A DNA stretch of 64,000 nt from Kondoa subrosea. Taxonomy: Eukaryota. This document shows, piece by piece, positions 1 to 13,970 of this stretch (the first letter of the stretch is position 1; each line of letters starts with the position of its first letter). The notes beneath the pieces were generated by a model. The model was not told where the DNA came from, did no database searches, and saw nothing but the letters and a program-made list of their open reading frames with translations. The translations under genes were made by a program, and so were the position numbers. The DNA is taken from contig BCIN01000003.1 in the NCBI GenBank assembly GCA_039545335.1, positions 1,747,941 to 1,811,940 of the forward strand, written 5' to 3'.

Positions 1-735
1 ATGCACGACGTGTGAGTTAGCACTCGGTCGATCCAGATTCAAGCTCACTTTCCAATCAGTGAGGTCCACAATCTTTGTGTGGAATGCAACAAATTCTTCG
101 CCACGTCTAATGGATTGACGATGCATCTACGCTCATCTATACACGTTTCCAAGAATGTGAAATGCATTTGTAAGTTCTGTGGACTCTAAGTCATTCAGGA
201 TCTGATCTCTCAAACAACAGTCTGTTCCAAGAAGTTCGTTTCGACTTCAGCAATGACACTTCATCTCGAATCTGGCGGTTGCAGCAGTGGAGTTACCAGA
301 CGTCAGATCAATGAATATGTCCGCAGTATTGATCGCAACAACATTATCACCAACAAAGGTCGAATGATAGAGGGGTCAAGCGATTTCAGCGGGTCGCCTG
401 TCTATGCCACTGAACAAGCATACAATGGAAACGTCAGTCAAACGGGTTTCTCTAGAAGCTTATGCTGATTAGCTTGGCTTTCGCAGGCTTACGAATGCTA
501 CTTCTGCAACAAAGAATTCGACAGTCTCATCGCTCTAAATCAGCATCTAGCATCTCCTCGTCATCAATCGAAGATCTATCGTTGTCCAAAGAGCGGGTGT
601 AAACTTCAGCTTTCCACCCTTAGCGGTCTCTGCCAGCACATTGAGAACGGAAGCTGCGGAGTCAAAATGTTCAAACAAGTTCAAGATGTTATGGCCAACC
701 TGAACACTGGAATGAAATCCTTAGGCTTCCGCTGA
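1..735 (+). CDS. Multi-C2H2 zinc finger protein (5'-truncated by window edge)
   Basis: Spliced exons give CVECNKFFATSNGLTMHLRSSIH, YECYFCNKEFDSLIALNQHLASPRH and YRCPKSGC...LCQHIENGSC; TGA at 733-735. Confidence 0.85.
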
Positions 736-1073
736 AGAACGGGCCAATACATCGCTCGTTGTTGTACCTACTGGCTAAGCTGATATCAGCGTCAAAATGT
801 AGGGGTTGATGAAAACTTCAGGAAGAAGATTTAATTGAGCATCGGCGCGGAGCATTTGTATCAAGATTTGCAGCGACCCATAGAGCCCTCTGATGCATCT
901 GCATTTTGCCCATTCTCTACTTCGCGACTTTAGATATCAGCTTGCCCTCAAAACGCCATTCTCCCGATACCTGCTACGCGTGAAGCGCTGGCTTAGCACT
1001 CGTATACCATTTGCATCAGACTGTCTCGTAGCGCGACTGTTGCTTGACATCCTTCGTTTGTTCGCTCGCCAAA

Positions 1074-2712
1074 ATGGAATCTAGCGTTCTCGATTTACCG
1101 CGTTCGTAGTCGCTCAATCCAAGCCTCAATACATATTTAATACTCTAATGAACAGCTCTGCGCACTTTTGATGCTTTCCCTAAAGTCAATTCCACTTACA
1201 AGCAACGCTCGAATAAAGGCGGTCTAGCTACTATTGTGTTATACTGCACTATTGCTGTCTTGGTCTATTATCAACTCAATGAGTATTGGTATGGAGAAAC
1301 GACAGATACATTCAGCGTGGACAGAGGAGTTGGGCATAATCTACAGATCAATGTTGATATGACTGTCGCTATGCCTTGTCATTGTGCGTTTGAATTTGAC
1401 TGGCAAGAGGTGAAAGAAGATAGCTGAGATGTATCGGAACAGATCTGACGGTAGATGTGAGGGATGCAGTGGGAGATAGGCTACATGTGTCGGATGAGTT
1501 TACAAAAGATGGGGTAGGTCGAGGTCTCGATCGCATGAGAAGAGGCTCATAATTTGATCCTTCTTTCCTACAGACAACCTTCGAGATTGGGCAGGCTCAG
1601 CGGATCAAGTGAATTGCATTCTCATGATTCGAAGTCTTCGCTCATCATCAGATTATAGGAGCATACAATTCGCAGCGGAAGCAGAGAAGCTATTATCAGC
1701 ATCTAAAATGGTTTCTCAAGCGAGAGGACGAGCGCAGTTTGGCAAGACGGCACATTTAGTACCAGATGGTCCAGCATGTCGAATTTATGGAGCTATGGTT
1801 GTGAAGAAGGTGACTGGCAATCTGCACGTGGTGTGTGGTAGCGTCCTTGCTGTTGTCAACAGCTGAGGCAGAATTTCCTTTGCACAGACAACGCTCGGAC
1901 ATGGCTATCTGAGTTGGGAGCATACCGAACATGCTCGTACGCTTTGCAACCTTCTTGTGTTACAAAGCTCATCCAAGTCAACCAGTCATGAACCTCAGTC
2001 ATGTCATTCATGAATTCTCCTTTGGTCCTTTCTTCCCAAGGATCGTTCAACCGCTAGACAACAGTGCTGAGATAGCATCAGCTAGTTAGTACTCAACTTG
2101 ATCTTCATTCATCGTGCTTATCGCTCGAGCAGACTTCCACATCTTCCAATATTTCATCTCAGTACGGTCTCGTAGACAAGTCAAAGACAATACGGATTGA
2201 GCTAATACTGTAACAGGTCGTATCCACCACCTACATCGACACTCGTTCTAGAATACTCAATACAAATCAATACTCAGTAACGGACATGTCGAGAGAAACG
2301 GAGCATGGTAAAGGCGTCCCAGGCATTTTCTTCAAATACGATATTGAGCCTATGTCGCTCACCATTGCCGAACGAACGACAGTAAGCGATGCGCTCTCGC
2401 GTAAGAGCTGATCTAAAATTGGCCTCTTAGACACTCAAGCAGTTTATTATCAGTCTGGCGGGAATAGTGGGAGGAGTGATTGTAGTGTCAGGTAGGTGTC
2501 ATCATAGATATGCTGCTGCTGCGAGACTGACCACACCACATACAGGGTATGCATGGAGAGTTGGGCATGCAGCAGCGAATGTGTTACGAAGAACGATAAT
2601 AGAGCAGCAGGAAGCCAAGACGGGAGGAGGACGATCGAGAGCATTATCGAATGGTGGTCTGTTGACGAATCCGGAACCCAGTCCTTCGATGGGAAAAGGC
2701 AAGTACTTTTAG
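1074..2712 (+). CDS. ERV41: ER-Golgi vesicle protein Erv41 (ERGIC2 family)
   Basis: LRTFDAFPKV, LQINVDMTVAMPCH, ACRIYGAMVVKKVTGNLH, MNLSHVIHEFSFGPFFP, GVPGIFFKYDIEP across many GT-AG introns. Confidence 0.9.
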
Positions 2713-2857
2713 AACCAGCTATGCAATTCTAGACGGTGTTCGCAAATTGAGACATAATGCTGAGCACAACGATGTTACCAATTTATATCACTTTAGCATC
2801 CCAAAGAAGAAATACTTCATCAGCATCTGCAAGTCGTACATAGATCAAGTAATCGCT

Positions 2858-5800
2858 TCACTCCTCAGTTTTGACGACTGGTTTGGCCTTCTTAGCTTTT
2901 CTAATAGCTAGCTGAAAGACAACATCCCATGCGTTTACTCCCTGTAGCCGGAATTCAGTGTTCACGTAATGCAAAGCAGAATTGGGCTGCATACTCGTAC
3001 AAATTCTGATTCCAGGTTGGGCTGTTGTCGTCCAATGTAATAAAACTGATTGGGAGGCCGCTTATTTTGCGGATACTCCTTGACAAGTGTCGAGAGAGCC
3101 GACTTCCATTTCTTCAAGTGATGCGCCGTTTCACTCGCTTCAGGTCTTTTGGCCTTGCAATGCATACGATTGCGATACGTCGAGCGAGTGATGACATGCA
3201 CCAAATCTTCGTGTGGTTTCACTCTGAGTATAGCCAGCAATTCAAAGAACTGATAAGATAAAGCTAAGCGCGAAGTGGTGATGATGCTTTTAATTAGGTT
3301 CCTGCTGCCAGCCAAAGATGCACTGGAAGTACAGTATCAGTCCCAAATTGATAGCGACATCCTACTACGTACTGGATGAGAAGAATCTGTTGCAATTCAA
3401 GAGAATTCTTGAAAATTGTCCTGTTCGCCGCGATTGAGGGAAGAAGAAAATGCAAGGCGAAAAAACAAACAAGCAGAACTTCAACAACGCTCAATCTTCC
3501 AGCTGGTACGGGTTCTCCACCGAAATGCGCCGTGAGCAAACCTTGAGGAGCTATAACTTCCTGATCGGTTGGTACTTTTGCGTAAATTGAATCGGTGAAA
3601 GAGGAGTATCTGAGGTTCGCTAGATCCATGGCGAAAGGACTTTGAAAGGCGCGGACTCTACCTTCGTCATATGCTTTCTTGAGAGCATCTTTATCGACAG
3701 TGAAATTTTGGACAATGTACTTGAGCAAATCCGCTTTAATTCCAGGATAACAACGCAATACTTTCTGCAAGAGGCGACCCTAGACATCATCGGATTAGCA
3801 GAGCCGGCAACAAGGATGCTGCACTTTCATACCTTGCTTGGATAGTATAAAGCGGAACAAGCCAAAGCGAGAGCAGCATCTTCTTTTTCTCCAGGTACGA
3901 ACCGCATTGCGCACGATACGTGAATAGAGGACGAGAGTAGCAGCGCGACTACCATTGAAGTATTCACCTCGATCTGTTAAAACTGTTTCAATCATGGTTT
4001 TGCCTGCCACAGAGTACTGACGCCTAATTCCTCCAGCTTCGCGACAGCTTCATCGTGCTCAAAGGTCCGACATAAATCGATGGTAGCATTTTGGGCGAAA
4101 TCTAAAGCTGCGCCACCGCGATTTCCTGCCAAAAGAGATTGCTCATTCTTTTGAGGATCTTGAGTCAAAAAGCAGATCATCTTGAAGATGCTTTGAGTGA
4201 TTGCAGATCGGGAATTGTCATTACATTTGAAATCGAATTCTTCGAAGGCTTGTAGATAATAAGCGCACGCAGAAAGCAGACTCTATAGTGAATTTGAGTC
4301 ATTGGGAAATACAAGCAGAAGCAAGCAAAGAGACGCACTCTGCGATGACCGGTGTTTATTCCGCTCCACGAGTTCTCTGGCAACACATGATTGAAGCAGT
4401 CGCTAGTAACGAGGATAGTCAGCACAGATCAAAAACAGAGGCGTAGATGCTAACCTCATCGGGAAATCAACAAGATCATCCGATGCAATACGTTTTAGCA
4501 AGGAGATGCTTTCAGGTGTAATACTTTGCCTTGCGAGGTAGTTCGCAAAGAATCCCACGCCTGGGACCAAATCGCCGGAAAGATTACGTATTCTCTGTTG
4601 CATACTTAGCAGCCACTATGCATAGCACTACCACACGTACCCGAATTTCGGCAACTTTGGCAGCTTCACTGAGACTGGGGTCATCCATGATCGGTTTGAC
4701 AACAGCATTAGCGACTCGATGATTGATTTGTACATCGGCTCGAAGCAGCAAGTGGAGAATTTCAGGTCGAAGAGTGATAGCTTGTACCCAAATGTGATCC
4801 ATATCGTCCCGAGGTGCGAAAGGGGTGAAATTGTAGGTCTCGAACAGAGCTTTAATCTTCTCCCACTCCTTCTCCGGAGTAGTATCTTTCGTGTCAATGG
4901 GAGACTCTTGCAAGAGTTTGCCATCAACTAAACGGAAACCAACTCTTCCTTTCTTGCCATACCCAATGTTGGTTGCGATACCACCAGAGTTCACCCAGGC
5001 ACGAAGGATTTCACTGTCATCTTTGTCTTTCGCAGCTTGCATAGAATCACCCCAGAGCGTATAGGCTTTGTTCAGAACGGCAAGCCAACTTCCGAAGCTG
5101 ATCGAGTTCGAGCTACCCCAGTTATTGCCCAAAATTCGAGGCGTACGACCTGCATAGCTTCGACAAACCATTTGAGCAAAGTAGCGACTGAAGACTGCGC
5201 GGTGAGAATCCGCCAAGGAGTCGAGAGTTGCAATATCGAGAATTCCGAGGAGCTGTATTAGAGTTGTCAGCAGTGTAACCGAAGGATCGTGCAGAATGAC
5301 TTACTACCGCGTGGTAGAGTACAGAAGATCTGTGATAATGCTGTAGAAGCCATTGACTGCGAGCATACGAGTTCTGATCTTTGCAATTAGTTGATGCCCA
5401 GATAGTCTACATTTGCAAGGGAAACGTACCTTGGAAATCATACGAAAGCGCTTACAGATTTGGGAGAAGCGCTGAGTTGACTTAGTGTTTGGTGCAAGAC
5501 AGCTAAAGATTTGGATCAAGAGCTTAGGTAGAGAATATCAGTTCACGAAGAAGACTAAGTGAAGAAACGTACTTCATCACCTAAATTGTCAAATGGAGCA
5601 GCCGAAGTCCAATTTACAGTCTTATCCTTGCGCTTCTTCTTGGATGCCTCTTCGCCATCGGTTTTCTTGCCCTTTTGTGCAGCCTTCTTGCCACCATATC
5701 CAACGTATTCATCTCCTGAAGACTCGTCTTCAACAGGTTGGAAAGGATCTTCAGCGTCAGCAGGCTCCCCAAAGTCGTCTGTTGCATATCAGCGCCGCTT

Positions 5801-5970
5801 GAAAGCATGAGATTTGGCTCACCTTCCTCTGCCTCGATCTGGAGTTGAGCATCAAGCAGTCCTGAGTCTTCTAGGTCACTCAGATCTGTCAAATCTTCGT
5901 CATCATCCAAAATGTTTTGGAGCGCAGCTTTCGACTTCGAAGCCTCAATTTGAGCTGTCCTTCGCGTCAT
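2858..5970 (-). CDS. Uncharacterised F-box-containing protein (copy A)
   Basis: F-box-like FDNLGDELLIQIFSCL...FSQICKRFRMISK, followed by NSYARSQWL...FSRYFAQ; paralog at 52339. Confidence 0.7.
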
Positions 5971-6466
5971 TTGTAGGTACTATCGATAGTCCAGAGCAGA
6001 CCACAGCCACGACCGACGGGAAATTAGCAGCTTTCGCGGTTCCAAGTCAAAAATTGCTCATTGTTTAGATTGTGGTTACACAAGTTTGCCATGTAGAAGT
6101 AATCGTATAGTGCTTAAGTTGCGGCTCTGAGCTGAATCAATCATCCTATAGCGATTCCGTTCGCGTTTTCTCGCCTAAAGCTCAGTGATCGAACTCGCTT
6201 TTCGAAGGCAATGGAAAGTTGCAAACTGTGTCTCTATCGATAGCGGAATAGCCAGAGTGTTAATGCATTTGAGAATATAGATCCCTCGACACCTCGCCTT
6301 CGTACGAGTGCGAAAGCGATCCTGTGTACCCCACTTTGTTGTTTTGCTTCGAGCGGCCATCTGGACAGATCCAGCCCTTGAATCAAGCATCAGAGTCTGT
6401 ACAGCCCTGCAGTAGTGAATGTCAGATCGTGTTCGAAGTCTACGCAAAGAAGCATCTGAAGGCAAT

Positions 6467-7798
6467 ATGACCCAACATTGGTTAATGAAAGCAGAGCCTG
6501 GTACGCGCTCAAACTATATGGCTGGCGATAAGTAATGTGTCTGGTAGACTCTCGGATCGTCAAAGGAAAGGATGTGGCTTTCTCCGCGGATATCGTGAGC
6601 CTGTCTGAATATGTTGGAAGCTATTGATCTGAATTGGTCGAATGTTGTTCTCTCATCAGTTCCAAGCTATGCCCGATGGTATTTCTCCTTGGGATGGCGT
6701 GCGTGAGTGTTTCTTCTTCTTCCTCGAGTATCTTCCACTAAGGTGTGATCTGCTAAGGGAATCGTCAAGGTAGCCGTGCTGTTCTCTTCGTCTAATCTAG
6801 GCTGAAGCAGGGTCTATCTGCGCAGCAAAGAACTTCATGAAAGTGAGTATTGCCCGCGAATCTGGACAATCCATCTGAGGTGTCTTCTAGGACGAGATGA
6901 AAGTCGGCGACGGCGTATTGTTCTATCATAGGTGCGTTGGATAAGTATGACTTCCCTATGGCTCTTCCTGATATAGAGTGCAGCAACACGAAAGTTCCTG
7001 GTAAGGTCTTTCAGCTACCACACAGCTCTTGATAGCACGCTAATGTCTCTGGCAGGTATTGCAGCTATAGCCGAAGTGCACAAAGAAGGCTACCCAGATC
7101 GTTTGTGTCTGGCCAATAATCAATTCTCTCTCTTACATTGCTCTGCAGATTTCGCTTTCGACTCTTCTCATCCATATTACGACCCAAAATCAAGCAAAGA
7201 CAATCCAACATGGTATATGGTCTGTCTATTAATCTTCTGATTTCTTTACTCCTGCTTATTACATAGCAAAGGTTGATCTGAAATTCATCTCACATCTGCA
7301 CACCTTCGTCCCTCTCAAGCTCCTACAAGCACTCTGCACAGCGTCTGAAGCTGATCTGCCTTCCTACTTGACACCGGAACACCTTTCCGCTATCCGAAGT
7401 GAGTTGTATCCACACTGCGGCAGATTGTCCCTCTGACCAAGAGGACAGGTATGCCTTTGCTAGCGAAAGGCCAACGGTTGAGCGTACAGAAAGTTTCACC
7501 TGAAGCATATGAAGCTGTACTTCTGCTAGGCGAGAAAGGAGGATGGGAAGCATTGCTACCTGTGAAAGCTACTAAGGGAAAGAAGAGGAAAGCCGATGCA
7601 GCAGAAGAAGGAGGAGAGGAGAAACCAAAGCCTAAGAAAGCTAAAGCTGTGAAGAAGGGGAAGAAAGCTACAGTGGAAGAGGAATTGGAAGAAGTAGATG
7701 AAGCAGGAATAAAGGATGAACCAGTCGAAGAGACTGCAGCGAAGCAGGAAGATGCAGAATCAAAGGAAGGGAAGAGAAGAAGTGGGCGAAATAAGTAG
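6467..7798 (+). CDS. EVE-domain (THYN1-like) protein with Lys/Glu-rich tail
   Basis: WLMKAEP, WDGVRNRQAKNFMK, MKVGDGVLFY, HPYYDPKS, QRLSVQKV; several microexons, e.g. 12 nt at 6758-6769. Confidence 0.9.
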
Positions 7799-7853
7799 TT
7801 TCTTGTACACGCGATGTGTATCGAGCATGTGTAGCATTATCTAGGACAATCTA

Positions 7854-8617
7854 TTAAGATGTCTTTTGTGCTTCCTTCTCCAACATTTTCCTGTTCAGTA
7901 GTTTGAGCCGCTAAGCGCCAAGAGCGTATAGAAGCGATCTACGAACCTTCTCGCTTCAAGCACCATTCTGGCCTTCCTCTCTTTCAATATCCTTTCTCTG
8001 TCCGAGGCAGATGTGGCCCAACTCTGTAATGCTTCCGGCGCTTCTTCTTTACCTTTGCCCTTGATGTCTCCCTCGATACGCGATTGCAAGTTGTATTTCG
8101 CTATCAGGTTCTGAGCATTACTTGATGAATTCGCTGTTGTCGGTCGAGAAGAAGTGGCAGCAGGTGAAGGAGTGTCAGGAAATAGGCCTGCAGGAGGCTA
8201 TCAAGACTGTCAGACCTCCGCGCATCTGGAAAAGATGAATGGAAGCGTACATCTGGTAATCGTCCATCTCGCAATATCTTCTCTATTGTTACTTCGACGC
8301 TCCCGCTCCGCCCTGCTGACATTCTTCAGATAAATTCTGTATGACTTGGGCGAGCGCACCTAGATCCCATCTCGCCTGATTCGGTGTAACTTGAGGAAAC
8401 GCAGCGACCACAGCATCTATCTGAGCTTGAGGCACTATTCGAGTAGGTCTAGCAGGTTGAGAAGATTCCGGCGGTGCTGTTGCAACAGAGTAGAGCCATT
8501 TGCCTATAACAAAGACTACTGCAATTGAAAGACCGGTCGAAATGTCTAATGAACAAGATCTGCTGTTTGAGCTTCTGCCGAGCGCAGGCTGACTTGACAC
8601 TGACAGGATGGGTCCAT
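7854..8617 (-). CDS. Cue1/Cue4-like membrane-anchored CUE-domain protein
   Basis: N-terminal hydrophobic segment, CUE motif IDAVVAAFPQV...GSVEVTIEKILRDG, NLIAKYNL, C-terminal RERILKERKARMVLEARR; start approximate. Confidence 0.8.
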
Positions 8618-8799
8618 GGCGGTTGTACAAGCCTGTTCCGGTCCTTCGAAGATGGTAGTCGAGGAGCTAGTCATTCATGGAAGTTGGCTCGCCGTATCCT
8701 GCACCAATGACACATGGCCAATGATGCTCTCATGCGATGAATATCAACAAGGATAATAAAGTCTATACAGCTGCAAATGAAACGAAAAAACGCGATGCC

Positions 8800-11700
8800 T
8801 TAAACCATTCGTTTCGCTATGGGTTCTATGATAGCCCCAGGACGCACAAGGACCTTCGGTCGTGTATGAGCTCGATGCGTTGCTCCAGTCTGCCACTCGG
8901 GTCCAAGAGGTTGTCGCAGAGCATATTCATGCTGTGTTGCGTTGGTATATGGGTAAGGCAGATCTTTGCTGAGATACTTGACGGCTTTCTTGTCGCGCTT
9001 CTCATTGATGATGACATGAGCTAGACCCGCGTCTTGTCGGTCTTCCGTCGCAATACCAGGAACATGCTTGATGAACTTCTTTGCGTTCTTGCCTTTGCGA
9101 ACACCTTTTCCTCCCCAACTACCCCAGCCAGGAATCGTTTCATCAACATCTTGAGGTGCGTCAGCTTCAATTTCACGTCTTTTAGCTTCTTGGAACTCCT
9201 AAACATTCTATCAGACCCAATTTCCTCGATACTGCACCGACTTACTGATACGACATTGTCATTTGCAAATGCTCTGGCAACAAGATCACGTTGTTGGAAA
9301 GCAGTAGTCTTCCGAGGTAAAAGAGAAGGTTCATCGACCGGTAATTGCTCATTGTCGACTGCCGATTCATCTCCGCTAGACTTATCCGCGGGATCATGTG
9401 CTGCAGCAGAAGCAGCCGCTTTAGCCTTCTTATTCTTCTTTGGCTTCTTAGCCTGAATTGCAGGTTTGCCTAAAACTTGATCAATATCAATCACTACTTC
9501 TTGCTCGTCTTGTTCCTTTTCTCGTTCGGCAGCAGACTTCTTCTTCTGCTTCTTCACCTTGGTAGCTACTTTTTCAGCCCCAAATGAAGTTGTCTGAGCA
9601 TCTGCTTTCTTGCGAGCTTGTTTGCTAGAGACCTCTTGCTGTAGCCAAGGGTTGTTTGCCGACGTGGAAGCAGACGGTAGAGGAGTAGCTTCGCTCAAAG
9701 AAAGACCATTGGACAGCTTAGTCTTGTGCTCGCTTGACTTCCGTTGAGTCGGCTCAAGTGCTTGCTGGGATGCTTGGCCATTCGACTGAGAATGTATAGA
9801 TATTAGCGTGAGATGGGGAGCGAGAAGAAACAGCCTCACTCTCGCTGCTGCACTCGGCGCAAAGACCATGCGACCGATATTGCTATCAACCCGATTGCCA
9901 ACAACTCCATCTTCATCTAGGATATCATCTTCCTCTTCTCCGTCGAGCTCTTTGCGGAACTGAGCTTCCAAATCGTCCGCTCGAGCTTGTTCTCTTGCTA
10001 ATCCAGCTTGCATAAATTTCATACCCATCAAACCAGATTTACCCTTCGCTTGAGCTGCCTCGGCCTTCTGTGCTTCTTTAAGATCAAAGGACGCTAGTTC
10101 ATCAAAAGCTCTTTCTCGAATGGCTTCCTCGTCGTCGTCCAGATCAGAATCTTGAGAATCGGCATCGGTTTCATCTTCACTTTCATCGCCTTTCCCAAGC
10201 ACTCGTCTTTTCAATCTTTCTTCCTTTTGCATTCTCTCTCTTTCAGCAACTCGGAAATCATCCTCTTCCAGACCAGATATTCCATCAAACCCAGCTTTGG
10301 CGAAACGACCACTTTTAGCTGAATGCCTTAGACCAGCTCTTTCTCTCGCTCGCTCCACTTCCATAATTTCCCTCATATCTTGAGCTCGAGTACCACCATC
10401 CAGCTCGTCGAGTTGTTCTCTTTCTTCCATAGTTAAAACTTCTTTCTTGCCTTCCCTTCGAGCAGCTTCTTTCCTTGCTAAACGACGGTAAGTCTTACTT
10501 TTGATCTTTGCTACTCTTTTAGCTTTTCTCTCAGCTCTAAACATCAATTCTCTTTGTTCGCGTAAAGCGGCAGTTCGAGCAGCTTGATCTTCTACTGATA
10601 ATCGAGCTAATTCTTTTCCTTCTAGTTTAGCCAAAGTAGTAGAACTTTGCATTCCTTGTTTCTGTAAGATTTTATCGATTTCTTTCTCCATCAAATTGGA
10701 AGGTTGGAACTTCGAACTCCATTCAGCAGTAGTTTGATCTATTTTCTTGTTTGGTGCAGATAAGTTTGTAGATTGAGATCCTGGTTGCGCAAGGGGTAAA
10801 GAGATGCGATGATCACCAAAATCAGAATCTTTGGAACCTAGGCCTCGAACGGAAGAGATAGTAGATTGCCATGTTGAAAGATCAACGTCGAGTTTCTCTT
10901 TAGCTGCTGCTCGATCTAGTTTGGCTTGATGCCGAAGTTCGAGAGGTGCCGGTAAAGGACCTGCTGATTTGAGGACGGAAGTCTTCGCGGTTGAGGAAAA
11001 TGATGTTTCTAGTAATGGTTTGAGTGATTTTCGCATAGCTGCCGCTTGTGCAGATGGTAAGGCAGAAAGCATATCTTCGATTTTGAGTTTCTGGGCTACA
11101 GAAACTATTCAGCGAATTTTCGGGAGATGGCAAAGGAGCATACATTCGCCTTGGACTCCCATTGAAGCGAATTGATTCTCTTCCCAAGCTTCTGTTTGCT
11201 CAGGCCTGATCTTCCTGCGTTTCTTTGACGCACCAGAAGGATCATCAAGCGGTCTTTTGCTCTTTTGCGGCAGGCTATCGATCAAAGATTGAAGCTTGTC
11301 AACTGCTTCTTCGGCATTATCGTCTTCCGATAGAGAAAGAGCATCCTCCTCTTCTGAGCCTGACCCTGATTCTTCTTCTGAGGAGCCCTCTTCTGGCATT
11401 GGCTGAGCAGGACCATCGAGCATAGTGGACAAATCGACATAATCTTCCCCGTCTTCCGAGTTCTCAGGTTCACTTTCTTCATTCAAATCAATCTCTTTTA
11501 CTTTTGGACGCTTCGGAGCAAATTTCTGGTATCAAACGGAAGGTCAGCTACTTCGTAACAGAAATTGGACATGCCGCACCTTGACATTCTGCCTTGATTT
11601 CGTCTCCGAATCTAGGAGGTTCTCTTCTCCTGAAGTATCCGCCATATCGCTGTCTATTTCTTCGTCTTGACTAGAATGAAATTCGACATCTTCGCCTCCA

Positions 11701-11954
11701 AGCGTGTAACTCGGTCGTTCCTCTTCTAGCTCAGCATCGCTATCCTGATTTACAGCTTTCGCTTTGCCTTTAGATCTCTCTTGAGCATCACCTTGTATCC
11801 GTTTACTAGCTTTCTTGCTCCCTCGACCTTCATAAGAGTAGACGCTCAAAAGCTCAGATTTGCTAGAGGGAGCTGCTTTTTTGGACGAAGACTTCTTGAC
11901 AGTAGTAGACCGACGCTGTCCTTTCTGAAGAGCTGGTCGACCTGTTCTTGCCAT
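8800..11954 (-). CDS. UTP14: U3 snoRNP-associated protein Utp14
   Basis: RELMFRAERKAKRVAKIKSKTYRR, GLMGMKFM, QRDLVARAFANDNV, PGWGSWGG, PLGPEWQTG. Confidence 0.93.
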
Positions 11955-12476
11955 CGCGGTCTTTGGACAAGATAATTTCGAAAAATCTGCCTCTTGAACA
12001 GCAACGGTCATCTTTGGCTATATACCCGGACATGCATATACCAGAGGACGTGCTACGCTATATAGCAGCAGCGTTGGTCTATATGACCAGTTTACAAGGG
12101 GATAAAACCGTATTACATAATGAAGATAAGCTGTACGAGGCTTTCTTAGTTGCAGCCAACTCGCAGTTTCGGTTCGGCTCGATGAACGCTCTCCCTTGGC
12201 TTGGACTGCAGTCTATGAAATCGATGTCATACAGATATTGCCACGTTGGGCACTTTGGCCAACATTACAGTACTATGTTAGGATTTCTCTTGCTCGTGCT
12301 CTTCTCCTCTTGCGGACATATCCCTCCTCTAGCAAACCATGGCCAATCACACAATCTCAGAGCTACACAATCCGTCGCATCTTTTTGCTTAGTCATGCTT
12401 CGAAAGCGCCCAGGCGTTTGTGTTTCGAACTTCTTTCGAAAGCGCCCAAGAATCGTGTCTGGGTTGACCAGATACC

Positions 12477-13850
12477 ATGGCAGGCATCATTGATGTCCCG
12501 CTTGAGCTGCTAGAAGAAATTTTTAAGCAGCTCAGACGCGATGTGCACGATATGCCAGATTTCAAGGCTTTGGCCAGAGTCTGCTTGACCTGCAGTGAGT
12601 GCGAACTGATGCTCTATCGCATCCCTTACTCATAAGATGGTTTTAACAGAACTCTGGAACAAAGCTGGCTTACCTATCCTCTACAATCAAATTACCGTGG
12701 CGGAGCTTGATGATAGACTTTTCCGTAGGCGAAGAGTCTGTCAGTATTAGCTGCCTGTGTGTGCTCATGCTCTTCTCTTCTTCAGGCAGAAGCATCAACC
12801 TGAATCCCAGGCTTGCTCTTTTGGTCAAAGATGCTGCCCTTTACCTTGATTCGCAACGTCGCAAGCATGTGTACACAGAGCTCAAGTCACTAATCTTCTC
12901 GCCAGACTCAGACCCTCTGGACGATCTCAAGGCTCATAGACCAGCGGACTATGAGAGCTGTATGTCAATCTTGTGTCGTCTCGAGAACCTCAAGGTGTTC
13001 AATCTGGTACTTGGAGAAGGACAAAAGGATGACGAGGTGCACAAGAGAGTCATCGGTCAAGTAGTTAATCTGGTGAGTACGAGGGCAGAAGTCTTGGAAA
13101 GTCTATCCTTCTCCTTCGAAGAAATGGAAACGGTGTCCAAAGTGAGCATATCTTACGATACCAGATGAGCTGCTTACGGATGCATCTCGCTGTCTGCAGT
13201 CGAGGTATGGCGACTACGGCTACCTTTCAGAGCTTCAATCAGTCTTCTGGCGCGGTGGATCACTCAATGTCACTCACCTGGATCTGCGTGAGTTAAGCTG
13301 GACTTCAACAGCAGACTGGAGCGCTACACTCTCGAGATTCAACAAACCCTTTTCTCTACATTTGTTCAACAGCTTTGCGGACGCAGATATTCAACTCTTG
13401 TTGAACGGAGCCATCCTAAGGCCTCCTTACAGAGAGGACAACCGATCCATCTCTTTTCTCCGCAAGCTCTGCATTTCCAGACCCAGCTCTGCTCGGCCAG
13501 ATATCGACACTTATCGCTGTTTACTCGACACATCTTCATTTCCTCATCTTACTGAATTCGATGTTCCAGCCTCTATCAATGGTATCGCTCTCACTCTCAG
13601 TGGTATCCTTCGTCAACTCTATGCTTTTGTTAAAGACAACGAACGACAACTTCGCTTCAGCTTTCACATAACTGAAGGGAACTCAAATCGGTTGGCTCTT
13701 CTGTACAACAAGAAAGACAACACAACTGTAGCTAGATTGGCAGATTCATTCGAAGTTGTAGCACCGACCCTGGATAATGATGTGTCGGATTTGTTCAGAA
13801 GCGGAAAGATTGTGTATGGGCGGCTAGAGGATGGGCGGAGAGTGCAGTAA
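12477..13850 (+). CDS. F-box protein, lineage-specific
   Basis: MAGIIDVPLELLEEIFKQL...LARVCLTC|(intron)LWNKAGLPILY, then leucine-rich region. Confidence 0.7.
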
Positions 13851-13970
13851 TCAAGCTGCTTATCAGTCACAACAGATTTAATTGCCGCTGAGCGTACTCT
13901 CTGTTTCTGGGGATATTTGCAATGTTGTGCAGCAACCGTGATACAGTACATATAGCATCTTAAGCTTAGA

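Noticed and set aside
9034..9456. Long antisense ORFs (here and over FHL1, HEM1, PPIL2)
   Set aside because: Shadows of real opposite-strand CDSs with no recognisable protein features
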